Of a stretch of DNA of 64,000 bases, positions 40,533-53,847 are shown one piece after another. The notes beneath the pieces were generated by a model. It had not been told where the DNA came from, searched no databases, and worked only from the letters and a program-made list of their open reading frames with translations. Origin of the DNA: the human T2T-CHM13v2.0 reference genome, Homo sapiens; assembly GCA_009914755.4 (NCBI GenBank), contig CP068257.2, positions 16,832,001-16,896,000 of the forward strand, read 5' to 3'. Position numbers and translations under genes: made by a program. Each line of letters opens with the position of its first letter. Position 1 is the first letter of the stretch.

Positions 40533-41483
40533 CTACTGTTCTTTCAGCATTCATTAATAAGAGTAGGAACTATTATTTGGATGAAAATTAACTTAGAATT
40601 TGCTGAAAATGAGTATGGGACACCTATTCTCTGGCAACACTTTGCTATAATTGTGTCTGAGTTAGTGAATGAGGTGGATATGGGCCCCGACCTTAGGAAG
40701 TTTTAGTCTACTTGGGGAGAGTCACATAGCCTAGGATGTAACCTGTTAAAGGGATGCTTTGTCCCCACTCTTGATGTTTCCATTCCGGTGGAGGGAAGTC
40801 CAAAGATATAATGCTTTTAGTTTCATTTTGCCTTTAAGAAATGGAGTGCTTTTTTTTTCAAGTAGGTAAATTAACAACAATAAAAACAAAACAACTGGGC
40901 ATGCTTGACTTAAAGTACATCTCCTTTATAGAAAGAAACTTACATTCTTGACTTTTCTGCAGTACCAAGTTGCCTGCCAGGGATACCCACCCCTGCCTAA
41001 AGTCAGGTGGCTAAATTTACTCAATCCTGTAGTCTGCTGGTCTCTCATACAATGCTAATACGTCAAACTAGTACTACTGATGATGAAGGTAATACTTTCC
41101 CTCTTTTATTATCATTTTGCTTTTTAAATGTTCTCAATTAGTTCAGTGCCTGGTCAAGAGAGAAAAAAATCATACATTGAGATCCCTCAGAAACCCACAA
41201 CACAGCCAAAATGTGAGAATGGGTAAGTGGAAAGAATATGCATTATCCTAACTCTTTTAATACTTACTACTTCAGTGCACATTGTTCTGATAAGAGGATA
41301 AAGTAAACACAGATAAGGTTAAAAATCACAATTTCCCTGAAAAACATTAACTGCATTACCAAAAATCCTATAATCCCTAGAAATTATCATGTCCATTTAT
41401 GATTCTGGCTTAATTTTGAAAAGGGGAGAATGAATAATAGGCTATTCCTACTATAGGATCTTTGCCAATCAACCTATGATAAA

Positions 41484-41512
41484 CTGATAAATAAATAAAT
41501 AAATAAATAAAT
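41484..41512. repeat. (AAAT)n microsatellite
   Basis: 'taaataaataaataaataaataaataa' read directly. Confidence 0.85.
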
Positions 41513-42815
41513 AATATTTAAATGAGACAGGTTACTGTCATTTAGGTCAAGAGCCAGAAGAAGACATGTGGTTATACATGCTTGAGAAATCTAGACAAAA
41601 TGGCTCTAAGGAATAGTTGATTAAAAACTTAAAATACAAAACCATTCTAGTATTCAGTTTTCGATCAGTTTTAAACTTCAACTCTATTACAAGGAAGTAA
41701 CTTATAAAGCAGATCTTTCTTTTTTGTTTTTGCTGCCACCAAAAAAAATGTGGATGTGTGGATATTAAACTCACCTGACTTCATCATCTCTCTATAATCC
41801 AGGATACACATAATATACTGAGCTATTAGCAAGATCACAATACATGTTTTTGAACTTCATCCACCTATATCATAATAAAAACTTGTAGAGTAGGTGGGGA
41901 GATTGGAATCGAAATGCCATAGCTAATTTGGTAAAGAAATGATACACGGTTCTAGTATCTGTTAACAGTAAAAGTTTTCCCATACCAAAAACGCCATGTT
42001 ATGTAAATATGCACATTGTACTTTTCATTATGCAGTCCTTCAAAGGGTAATAATTTGCTAATGTTATTTCAACTTTCTGCAGGCCTTTTGGTATGAAAAG
42101 ACTAAAAATTACAGGACACAAGCATTCATTAAATGGATATATTTTACTCTAGAAAGTAATAAAAGGAATTACAAACATTTAATTTTTCTCCTTTTCACTT
42201 GAAGCTATTTTTTTAAAGAAATTTAGAACAATATTTTTATTCTATAATTCTTGAAGAAATTGTTTTTTGAAAACAAATCCACTGTAATACAGAACTAAAG
42301 CAAATTTTAGTTGATAAAATAATGTGGGCTCTAGTCCAGATATACATTTTTTTAAAAGTGAAAACTAAGTTAATCTATAAACTTGTTAAGCAAGAAGATC
42401 AAGAAGCGCAAGAGCCCGAAATTGAAATGCCTTAACAATCAGTGAGGTGACTTAAATCACTGAACTGGGAATTATATTGGACAACTGGTAACCATGGGGA
42501 TTTTGTTACATCAAAGTAAAGGTCCTGTCTGGAGATATTGCAGGCTGTGTTGCTACAGCTTCTTGAGTTACTTCAAAATAGTTGAAAACTCAGCTTTTAT
42601 ATCAAGTTTCTTAATTTTTAAAACTGGCTTTGTTTGCTGAATCCAAGAGCACACAAATGAGTCTGTGGTTTAGTTTAGCCTTTGGATCCACCACTTAGAA
42701 ACTGTTATGGTAATTGAAGTCAGGAAGGACCCAGCCTCTGAGATCCCTGAGTTGGGGGATGAAGAGAAAGGAACCAGGCTACTAGGTAAACTAGGTATCC
42801 TGGTAAACTCTAGAC

Positions 42816-43070
42816 CAAGCTTGTCCAACCCACAGCCGGAGGGCTGCATGAGGCCCAAAACGGCTTTGAATGTGGCCCAACACGGCTTTGAATGTGGCCC
42901 AACACAAATTTGTAAACTTTCTTAAAACATTATGAGAATTTCTTGCGATTTTTTTTTTTTTTTTTTTTTTTAGTTCATCAGCTATCGCTAGTGTTACTGT
43001 ATTTCATGGGTGACTCAAGACAATTCTTCTTCCAATGTGGCCCAGGGAAGCCAAAATACTGGACACCCCT
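42816..43070. mobile_element. Palindromic MITE-like DNA-transposon remnant. It contains an internal 22-bp tandem duplication and a poly-T tract. The family name is uncertain.
   Basis: 'caagcttgtccaacccacagccggagggctgcatgaggcccaaaacggctttgaatgtggcccaacac[ggctttgaatgtggcccaacac]aaatttgtaaactttcttaaaacattatgagaatttcttgcgatttttt...tgggtgactcaagacaattcttcttccaatgtggcccagggaagccaaaatactggacacccct'. The two arms are inverted complements (tgtggcccaac…gttgggccaca…). It matches a high-copy human MITE consensus that I recall. Confidence 0.6.
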
Positions 43071-46000
43071 TGAGAGGGAAGGAAAGCCATCCAGACACAG
43101 CCGTGATGGTGTTCCAGCTGAAAAGGCTGCAGAGAAGGCTTTCACAACTATTGGCAATTTCTGATCTTTGGGGATATTTCTGCTACAGTGTAGTAAGTTA
43201 CTTGTTTGATTCCACCAGGATAGGAGTATTATCAAAATCCACAGCCACCCTCAGTTCTTAGAAACTCAGATGCCCTTGAATGCAGGCATTTACAGAAAAG
43301 AGAATGAGTCATTTGTATAGATGGAGCTATTTACTGGATGTTATCATTTTTAATGCCATAGTACTCTCTATTTTCTTTCCTCTTACGTTCTCATTATCAA
43401 GTTTTCCTTTGGCACCTATTTCTCCAGATGCTAACAGTGAATACAATTTTCCTACCCAAAAATTTCTTTCAATTTTTGGGTAGGAACAAACAGACATGAA
43501 TATAAATAACAGCAGGGGTAGTTTGCTCTTAAAGATGTTCCCCGGGTGTTTCTTTCTTGGAGGACGCTATAATTGTCCAATTTAACTCTGTTAGCATTTT
43601 GGAGAATAACAGATACATAGAACAGATATCCTTATGGTAGAATTATCTGAGTGCAAATTTGTTTAACGGCAAACATTTAGTCAGTAATTCATATGGAAGC
43701 TAATATTTTCCATGGCACTCAGACACAGACAGCCAGTGAACGGAGGGCACCTGCCATTACATTCATTCACTCAAATACATTCTATTTGACCACACTGTCT
43801 TCCTTTTGGTGAGGATTTGACTAAGAATAACATTTCTGGTTCCTTTGGAGCACTCAGTAGAGACACATTATTTTTTTGTTTACTTATTTTCCTTTTGGGC
43901 AGTTGGATCAATAGGCACATGATCGATTTCTCCCAAGACTGTGCACTCTTGGGTGGAAATGAAATTATATAGAAAGAAAAGATTCAAATAAAAAGCAAGG
44001 AAAAGATCCCCTAAGGGTACAGGGGAGGGGAAAACAAATTTTCTGTCTAGAAGCTTAAGCATGTTTGACACACACACACACAAAAATAGAGAAAACAGTG
44101 ATATGCAGAGAAAAGATGACATCTGTTGCTCATAGTCTACTGAAAAATGTGTGACAAATATCTGTACAACAGTCCTCATGGAGGTCAAATTCCCTGTCTC
44201 TTCAAAATTCCGTTTCTATGTATCCTTTATCTTATACACTTAGGGAAACAGTAGTGAGTTCTTATATGGTTTTCCTCAGAAGGAACTTCACTTCCGGACA
44301 TGAGCTTTAATTCTTCTAAAAGCCGTCAGGGATTCAGCCATCATGAAAAGGTCTTCAATCATGCACCTCATTGGGCTTCTTTATATCCTGTTTTTAGGAG
44401 AAAGACTTGTAATGTCTTCCTAAATGTGACACTAGCAATGGAAGGAACATAAACTTTGGAAGAGGAGAAGCAAGAATACCACTCATTGGAATATTTTTTC
44501 CTCTCTCCACAAATGATTGCTTTTTGTTGCCTTCACGAGATCTTTTTTTAACTATAATTTAGGGATTCTCATTTCATTCAACTTCTAGCCTTTCAGATAT
44601 ATTCCTGTCTACTTCCATTTCTATTAGCTACCATCTGGCTCTGCTGCTACCAGGATTATAGTCAGTTATATTGGAAATAAATATATTTGTCATTATAATT
44701 TTACTATGGCAGCTTTCTGCACCTAAACATTCTGCACACAATTGTGCAGGTGCACACACACATAGACACACACAGAAACCCCACGTTATCTCCCACCCAC
44801 CCTTTACGATTTTCTATTATGTAATATACTCTGCTTCCTCCTTCAAGATTTCCTTAAGAAGTGAATCAGTTCTGGAAGGCTGAATGATCTAAGTGTCATC
44901 ACCACTTTCTCTTAATTGAATAGTATCAGCCATAGCCAACTACATGACACATTCTTCTGTAAGAGACAATAAGTTCAGTTAGCGGAATCCTAACATATAT
45001 GTAAATGAGGGGACAATTCATAGGATGCCAATTGTTCCACCTGCTGTAAGTTTAGTGAGTGGTGCACAGTGCTTCCTCTATTAGGGTGTTGTTAGTTAAA
45101 ATTCTATTGCCCTTTCCTTACGTTATTTTGAAATTTACTTGCAAATGGATTATAACAGTTCCCAAAATATGAATCCAGGAACATATGCTCATTCACTAAT
45201 TTGCTCCAGTCTCAGTGGAATTTATCTAATTGTCCTCAGAATCTGGCCTTCTCAGCCTAACTTACATGTGGCTCTGCTTGGCAGTGATGAACTCAGCGTG
45301 TGACCCATTGAACGGAGGGCACCTGCCATTACATTCATGGCAGTGGCCGACTAATGAATATTGCCAGAGCAAAAATCATCTTTAATGATGGATCTCAAAA
45401 TACATTTTCATGTTTCCAGTAGCTTCTGTTAAAATTCTTCATTGTCAATTGCAGATTGAGAACAAGGGAACACAAGCCTCAGAAGAGGGTACACTAAGTG
45501 GAACTGCAATTAGGAACAAGCACAGCAGACAAAAAGGAGAGTCACGGCCACCTGCAGACAGCATGTCAGGAAGAAGCTGCCACTGAAAAAGTTAGGAAGC
45601 AAATGCTTGGCTGACATTGCAGTACCAGCAAATGTACACGGATTTTTCCCTGTAACTATCCATCCTTTATTGTAACTATCAAATTAGCAAGTGTGTTAGA
45701 GAGAGTGCCATGCTCCCGGAAAGGGGCAATCATTTCTTCTTCTCTCACTCATATTCCTGGTTGACAGTTCCCTAGGGGGACAGTGGAAGTAAATTTAGAC
45801 CTGCCCTGATGGAGGCGAGTCAGCTCATTAGCCGCTGCCATCACAGCACTTTCCCTTCAGCTCACAGATGGAGACAAGGGCTCTTTGAAGGCGATTCTGA
45901 GGCAACTTCGCATGGAACGGCATAAGTGGGGATCCTGTAAAGTGTCGTTTCCCTGGAAACCAAGTGTAACAAATACGCTGTTTTCATCAGTTCAGGATGC

Positions 46001-46456
46001 GTGTAGTTCACACTTAAATGCTGGGTTTGTGCAGAAATTTGCACAGTGGATGCCTGTGTTATGATACATGTAAGCGAGAGTTCTTAAGGACTGTCAGTCG
46101 GCTCCTTCATGGAGTCATAAACCCCCTTTGAAAGAGCAGCATGTTAAAAGATGAGATATGAATCATTCCAATGGGATGTAAGTGTGATGCAGAGTTTCTG
46201 TACAAAATGCAGTATTCCCTTATGCAATTTAGAAAAAAGTATCAATTTTAATTGAATTAGATCTTGTTTTAACATAAAGACTTATCATGTTAATTTCAAT
46301 CCCCAGATTCTTACTTGTGGGAGCACCAGTAATGGAATTTTATCTTATTAATAGCCTAAGTAACAACACCATCCCAATTTCATCCATACACATTTGATTC
46401 AAAAACACAAGTGGTATTTCCAATCAAATTAAGATATCAGGACATTTTTTTTAAGA

Positions 46457-46750
46457 GGACTGGCATGGTTGCTTATGGTTGTAATCCCAGCGCTTTGGGA
46501 TACCAAGGTGGGAAGGTTGCTTGAGCTCAAGAGTTTGAGACCATCCTGGGCAGCATTGTGAGACTCTGTCTCTACTAACAATAAAACTTAAAAATTTAGC
46601 CAGCATGGTGGCACATGCCTGCAGTCCTAGCTACTTGGAAGGCTGAGGCCAAGGGATTGCTTGGGCCAAGGTATCTGAGGCTGCAGTAAGCCATGATTGC
46701 ACCACTGCACTTCAGCCTAGGCAGCACAGTGAGACCATCTCTCAAAAAAA
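46457..46750 (+). mobile_element. Alu SINE (older, diverged), plus orientation, followed by an A-rich/(CAA)n tail to about 46822
   Basis: 'ggactggcatggttgcttatggttgtaatcccagcgctttgggataccaaggtgggaaggttgcttgagctcaagagtttgagaccatcctgggcagcattgtgagactctgtctctactaacaataaaa...ccactgcacttcagcctaggcagcacagtgagaccatctctcaaaaaaaa'. Confidence 0.85.
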
Positions 46751-48833
46751 AGGAAACAAAAACAAACAAACAAACAAAGAAAACACCAACCAACCAAACA
46801 ACAACAACAACAACAACAAAGACAAATGATATCAGGGGAAATTCCTTAGAAAGGAATTAAAATTCAAAGGGTGATTATTCAAGTACAAAATTTCATAAAA
46901 ATAAGTTCCTAAACAAAATATAGACTAGTAACATTTTTACAACAGCAACTTAAATATCCATTTGAGAAATTCTCCATTCATACAACACCTCCACTGTATG
47001 AATGCTGAGCCAGAAAGTAGCCTACCATTACAGCTTAGCTCTTAATTGCTTACCATGTCATTAATAATAATTCATTGTTGCTAAGTTTATATTTTGGTAT
47101 TTATGGAAAATATCAGTGACACCATGGACAAGCAGCCTTTACACTGTTTGCGCAGTTAGTACTGATTTTTTCCATATTTCCTACTTGAACCTTCATCCAT
47201 TTTGAGTGGCATAGTCTTTATTAAAATTGTCCTAAAACTCTCAGGTCCAAGGTTGGTATCATACAGAAGTTAAACATAGAGAGATAGAGGTATTAAGAAC
47301 CTCAGTCACTTATCTGTGTTCACATGACGAGTTATTAATAGAGCCAGTTCTTCAGATTTTCCTTCTTACCATTTAATCACCAGTTTACGATAGACTGAAA
47401 TTCAACTCTACCTAATTAGTCTGTACAATCATAATGGTTGATGAGTTAATGCAGACACATGTACTTACTTAACTGCAATTTGATCTACTTAGGTTTGAAA
47501 TATAGTTTTGTACAGTCTAGACTGTCAGGAGAATGAAATTCTTTTTGTCTCTGGTATATCAAATGTCCCCTTGACTCTGGTGTTACTGGATCGTGGCAGA
47601 ATCTGGTCTATGGATTCTCCATGCAAGTAAGCTCAAGTTTTTGTTTTTCAGCCATTAGTCACATAGTTTTAAATGTATTAGAAAAATATGCTGAAGTTGA
47701 GTGTTTTTTACTCCACTGTGTATTACTAATGGGATTTTACCAAAGAGCATGACCTCTAATCATATTAATATTTAATCAAGCAATAAATATGCCTTGCTGC
47801 AAAGCTCAAAGCCAACAGAGTTCTCTCTGGTGATGATTTTTCTATTAAGCTAACAAGGATTTCTTTTGCTTTATCTCATTACTATAAAATTGGGATAAAT
47901 GTCTGAGTATTCAATTCTCAGTAAGTGTCTTAAAGGGCTTTTGACTCTCCTGTCCAAATAAGCAAAATATCCCACATTGAACTTTAATATGTTTTCTCAA
48001 AGCTTTGTTTCTTTGGAAATGGCCTCTAAAACGTGGCCTATGAGATAAAGGTTTTGAAATAAAAGGAAGAAGAAAAGATGGTCAATTGTAAAATATAAGT
48101 GCTAACATCACAAAATATTGAGAAAAAATTGTTAAATGAGTGTTTTAAAAAGGAAGCAATGATGATTTATATGATACTAGGGAAAGTGGCCCAAAGTAAA
48201 TGCAATGTGCTTAGATTGTACTTAGATATTTATACTGTAGAGGAAAATAGGACAGGGAACATGTTACACAGTCACCATATTGTTTCTTCCTCCTGGGCAC
48301 ACAAAAATAAGTAAGAAATTTACCAGCTCACTCCCTAACCTCCTGCAGTCATGATGGGGTAGGTACATCTGGCTGAGTTTTAGTCAATAGTTGGTGGGCA
48401 GAGGTGATGTGAAGCAACCTCCAGTCCTAATTCTTACAGATCATCCTGCAATATCCTCCAGAATTCTCTTCCCCATCTACAGTATCCTTGACAGACACCT
48501 GTTTCAGATGGTGTAGTTGCAGAACAGAAATATTCCCTAATAGCTTAGAAATGTGCAGTCTTACACTACAAATACTTATGGGACACAGATAACCTCCTCA
48601 AATTTCTTAAAATCAGTTTATAGACTGATTCCAGCAGCCATTGTGAAATCAACTAAAACATACAATTCTTAAGTCATCTTTTTGAAGATGCTTCTAATGG
48701 CATACATATTATTCATGGCTGACTTCAGTTTTTTTTCCCATTGATCAGCTTTCTTACTGTTTTTGACTTGTTTCTTTTTATAGTTAGGAAATTATATTTA
48801 TGGATAATTAATATGCTTCAATATCAAGTAGAT

Positions 48834-48850
48834 TGTGTGTGTGTGTGTTT
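48834..48850. repeat. (GT)n microsatellite
   Basis: 'gtgtgtgtgtgtgtgtt' read directly. Confidence 0.8.
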
Positions 48851-49036
48851 TAGCCAATGGGGGTAAAGTAGAACAAGTGTTCCTCTTCCTCCAGGCCCTA
48901 GTGTGTCATTTGTGGCTTCAGTTATAAAAAAGTAGACTTCATCAAGGACTCAGGGAGCAATGCTGGGCGTCAGGATACTCTGCATTGCTGGTTCTCAGGC
49001 GTGTCCAGGCTTAACCATTGAGAGCAGAGCTCTACT

Positions 49037-49118
49037 GGCCTGCCTTGTGTTTCAATAGCATGTCAACCCCAGCTGGCCTGCCTTGTGTTTTACATGGCAT
49101 GTCAGCCCAGCATTTCTG
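49037..49118. repeat. Tandem duplication (about 40-bp unit x2)
   Basis: 'ctggcctgccttgtgtttcaatagcatgtcaaccccag' is followed by 'ctggcctgccttgtgttttacatggcatgtcagcccag'. Confidence 0.75.
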
Positions 49119-52100
49119 TTGCTAGAAAGCTTTCCTTTTCTTTCATATTTAGAGGGATAAGGTTTTAACTGTTCAGCATCTGTTCTTAAAATGGCAATAT
49201 ACTCTCTGTGATTATTTTGAGAAAGCCATTTTGATCGAAATATTGGGTTCTCTTTGCTTTCATTTCCCTGATAGATCTCTCAGCTCACTCTCCCCAGAAC
49301 TGACTCTGAAGAGCTGACAAAGCAATAACTAGTTGTTACAGAGGAATTTTTCTCTATTGTGGGTGTTATTTATTTATTTTGTTTATTCTAGTAATGATTT
49401 CTTGTCCACTTCAATTTATTAGTTTCAAAACGAGTGAATATAGACATAGTGGAATCTTTGCTATCCCTTGGTTAAATTCTATCCCGTGATATCCCTTGAA
49501 AGAGTAAGGAGGAGGTCTCTCTGTTTCATGAGGAATTTAAGCAAGGTGCTCAGAATGAATCACCTAGAAGAGTATAAAGATTGCTGTAGATTTCTTAAGT
49601 ACTAGTTTCAAACAAATACCATCAAAAAAAAGAGTAATTGCCAACATGTGTGCCCTTAACTCAATTTCCTACAGAAAGAACAGCTGAAAAAAACTATTAA
49701 AAATCCATTACCTGTTGTTTAAGAACCAAATAGCATTTTTCAGAAGTTTCTTATCAAGCAATTGAATGCAGCAGGATGATGTACAGTGGGAGTGAGGATT
49801 AGGCTGGTATTGACGTTTTGCTTCCTAACTTAAATGATTCACTAAATTCACTAAATTAGATCAAGGAATTTAATTTCTTTTCAAGCCTTTATGAATTTTC
49901 TCTAATATAGAAATGATCCAAGACAGAACACTCAAGAAAATTAAACAGAGACAACAATTTAGAGAAAAAATTCTGCATAGTACCCTGTGGAGGGCACTCA
50001 TAGACCATCAAACAGATGAGTGAGAATTTCTTGGCCAAATCTCTCAGTACCTTTTTCAAGGCAAACTCAGATTTGTTCGCTATATATCTACAATATATTC
50101 AGGAAGCAAGACTTGAATGGCAGAGCTAAGACTAAACTGAAGGCAACCACTCTTTATTAAGGTCTTGTAAGCACTTTTATATACTTAGAATCTAGTCTTG
50201 GTGTTAGTTATTCGGTACGTTCAGTACCTATAAATTTTTAAATCTACATCTGACATGAACAGAACTAAATCCTAAAGGAGAAGATCAATATTAAACCTGC
50301 CACATTTTAACAGGGGTCATGTTGCATATGACAGAGATAAAAAGGGCTCAGGGCAATGCAGTGTCTTTCAGAACAGTGAGAGACGGGCTGTCCCTGGAGT
50401 AATCAAGGTCAGAAAACTGCCAGGTCTTTCCCTTCAAGGCCAGGGCAGAAAGATTTTCTCTAGCTGCTGAAAGGCAAATGAGTGGGACTCACAGGTCAGC
50501 ACAATCACTGCCAGCCCACAATCCGAACCCTTTTATGACTAAGCAGTAGAGATGCTGAGGGGTGGCTTCAGAGGAGGTTTTAGAGCTACCTTCGAAAGAA
50601 CAATAAACGAACATTCAGTTTGTGTCTGAATGTTGTTTTAAGCTATTTAAATAAATGCACAATCTAAATAAAAATTAAAGTGCATTCTAGTAATAATAAC
50701 TTTAAGACACTCAACAAGTTGAGTGCTCTCAAGCTTCACCCCATTTCCAAGCAAACTGTACACATTTAAATCCCTCCTCTAAGCAACTGCCACACGTAGG
50801 CGTAATATGATTAAAGTGAAGAAATCTATTTTTTTCAGGAAAGAAAAGGAACAAAAATAGGCAGACCAAAGATCTTATCCTTTTAGACTACTCTAAAGAC
50901 AAACAAAAACACACCACAGAGATAAGAGCATTGAGGAACATACACGTATACACATAGATGTAAAAATTTAAGGACGATTTCATCTGTAAGGATTATGAGA
51001 GAGTTGGTGTTTCTGGGTGGAGTGTCGTGGAGGAAGGAAAGTAGCAATTATAAAGTTATTTTTAACATATGGAAAATTAGCAAAAATTTCATGATCACTT
51101 ACTGAAATGCCACCGAATTGATAAAATAAGGAAAAAGCAAACTGAAAACCATCTGATGCCTAGAACATTATCTACAAGTGTTTGAAAATTTCAGAAGCCA
51201 GTATGTTTTTTTTCAGCAATACTCATGAGTACTCTTGTAACTTGCTGGGTGCTATAACTTGAGAAAATATTAAGAAGAATATTCTTGAAATTTTTATTTC
51301 CACATTCTTCTAGTTCTAAAAATTAATAAAAAATTTGGTATTTTAAAAATTGCTAAAGAAAAGCTTACTTAGAGATTTTTATCAAACTATCAGCATCTAA
51401 AACTAACTTGTGACAAATGGAGTTGCTTACAGTGAACAAAATGGCCAGTCTCTTGTAGTTATTTTTATATCTGAGTTGTAGATTTTAATCTACCAAATAT
51501 ATTGTTTCTCTCTCTCTCTTTCTCTATCTAAAGAACATGTAAATCAATGAAATAATAGATAGCCTATATTGTTATTTATTTCATTAAAATATTATGGCAG
51601 GGTGAATTGTTGAAGAATGAATGGGAAAGCCTCATCGCTCTCAGGAGTGACACTAAAGAGTTTGATAATTAGTACTTCAAGGTCAAGTGGTAAGTAATTG
51701 ATGAAGCACTGCTTGTTATAATGTTTTTGACGAGAGGATTAAACTGAAGTGCACTTAATTTTCTTGGCTGTTTAAGTGTAGTTACCACAAAATAGACAAA
51801 ATAAGGTTTCATTATGCTTTTTTTTAAAAAATGATATGAGATTGTAAAGTGTGATAATGCATTAAGCTTTTATCTTCCATCATTAGTGTGACAGTCAAAG
51901 TAAAGGCAAAAAGATGATGCTGAGAGCCAATGTTATCCTTATGGGACACAGTGATGCACTTTAGTGTACATTAAAACATACCTGAAACACTTGTCATAGT
52001 TGTCAGACCCTATTTATTGGAGCGCTGAAATCTGAATCGAAGCTGCAAAATTGAATGAAAAACAACTGGCTACATCAGTTTATCACTGAAAAACAAATGG

Positions 52101-53794
52101 CTGTATTTGCTTCTTTGCAGTTCCAAACATGAGCTCAATACAGGAGACTCTAGAGCACCAGAACCCTGTAAATCATGACATATATGTCTGTGCCAGCCGC
52201 TGATAAACTGTGCCTAGCTCTCCCAATGAAAGTAACAGATAGACCTCTGAAAAGCACCGAGATGAAAAATCAGACAGGAAAGCCACTTCTTCTAATGCTA
52301 AACTTTGCCAGGACAGGGAGGTGCCTCTAGCACTGTTGTACCGTTTCCTCCAAGAGAAAGTATTTGCAAAGCTTACATTTTCAAACAATCCTAGGAATGT
52401 ATCACTTCATATTTTCAAAAGTTTCTTGGAGAAAGATATTTTGCAGTGTCCTACATGAACTTGAGTGTTTGTCTCTGGAACTTTTAAGTTTGATTTCACT
52501 TAGCGCTGCTTGCACTTCAGTTGAGGCCATTTTTACTTGAAGCTTAATTAAAGCCATTGTCCTCAGGGACTAATACGCATCAATACTCTTTTCCCCAAGG
52601 TCCCCAAGTCATATAAGGACACCTTGAATCATTCTCAGTTAATGATACCTGCCACAAGAATATTTTCTCAAGATAGAAAAATTCATATTAGTTAATGTAT
52701 CATCTTAGGCACACTACCAAATCGGTTATAATGTTGCCTTTCCTATTTTTACTAATACCTTTTTTCCATAGTTTCTGGATATAGAAGCTAAGTGGAAAAT
52801 ATTTTAAAATATGGTTTACTTTTATTTAGAAATTAGCCAATGATTTATTTAGAAATTAGTCACTATTATATAAATTCTGTCATTAAGAATATTATCAAAA
52901 CATTTAAAACTGTTTTTCAATTTTCTCAAGATAATATAGATTTAAACAGTTAACAGGTCAATGAAAAGGTTTGAAACTTTGTGCTTAAAAATTAAAAGGA
53001 TAAAGGAAAATGATGCATAATATTTATTTGCAGCTCAGCCAATAAAATCTGATGAATCACGAAATTGCCATAACAAGTTTATTTCTATGTTGTTTTGTAG
53101 CTGCTTTTTTATGCAGTTTTAACCTAGATGAATCAAATGCCATATCACTTGTTATTCTTTTAAAAAGAACCTTTTCAAATTATTGCATATATATTTAAAA
53201 ATTCCTTCACTTGATATATGGTTATTGTGGAATATACTTTTACATGTATCAGTTACTGTGTTTCTAGTCACAAATAATAGAAATTCTAATCGAAACTTTA
53301 CTTAAACAATAGCATGGATTTATTATTCTAGGTAATTACAAAGCCTTTTCTTTTCTGTCTTCAGTGATGGTGTCAGCTTTATCCAAAGCCTGGACTTAAA
53401 GGGAAAATGGTAACAGTGTTTCCAGATTTTATGTCTGTGTGCCACACAGTTCAGTAGAATTTGTCCCCCAGAAGCCTCCAGCACTAGCCTTGCTTAGGCT
53501 GATTAGCTGAATTAAATCCCATGCTTATCGATATATATGGCTCCGATTATGAAATTCAGCTAATTATTTTAGGTCTCAGCCACATGCCCCACTCCTTGCA
53601 CCAAACGGGGTCAGTTTCTTAAAAAATTAGAGGTTCAATAAGGAAGGCTTCAAGACCTAAGTGAAAACTAGGGTAGTTGGTAGTCACCTAAGTAACTATT
53701 GAGGTAGTCTCTTTGAGGTAGAGACTGCATTTAGGTGAAGCAGCCAAAAAATAAAATGAAATAAAATAAAATAGCCCAATTAGACTTACCCACC

Positions 53795-53847
53795 TCTTTA
53801 TCTCTCTCTCTCTTTCTCTCTCTCCCTCTGTGTATGTGTTTGTGTGT
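53795..53847. repeat. Compound (CT)n/(GT)n microsatellite
   Basis: 'tctctctctctctttctctctctccctctgtgtatgtgtttgtgtgtgtgtcc' read directly. Confidence 0.85.
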
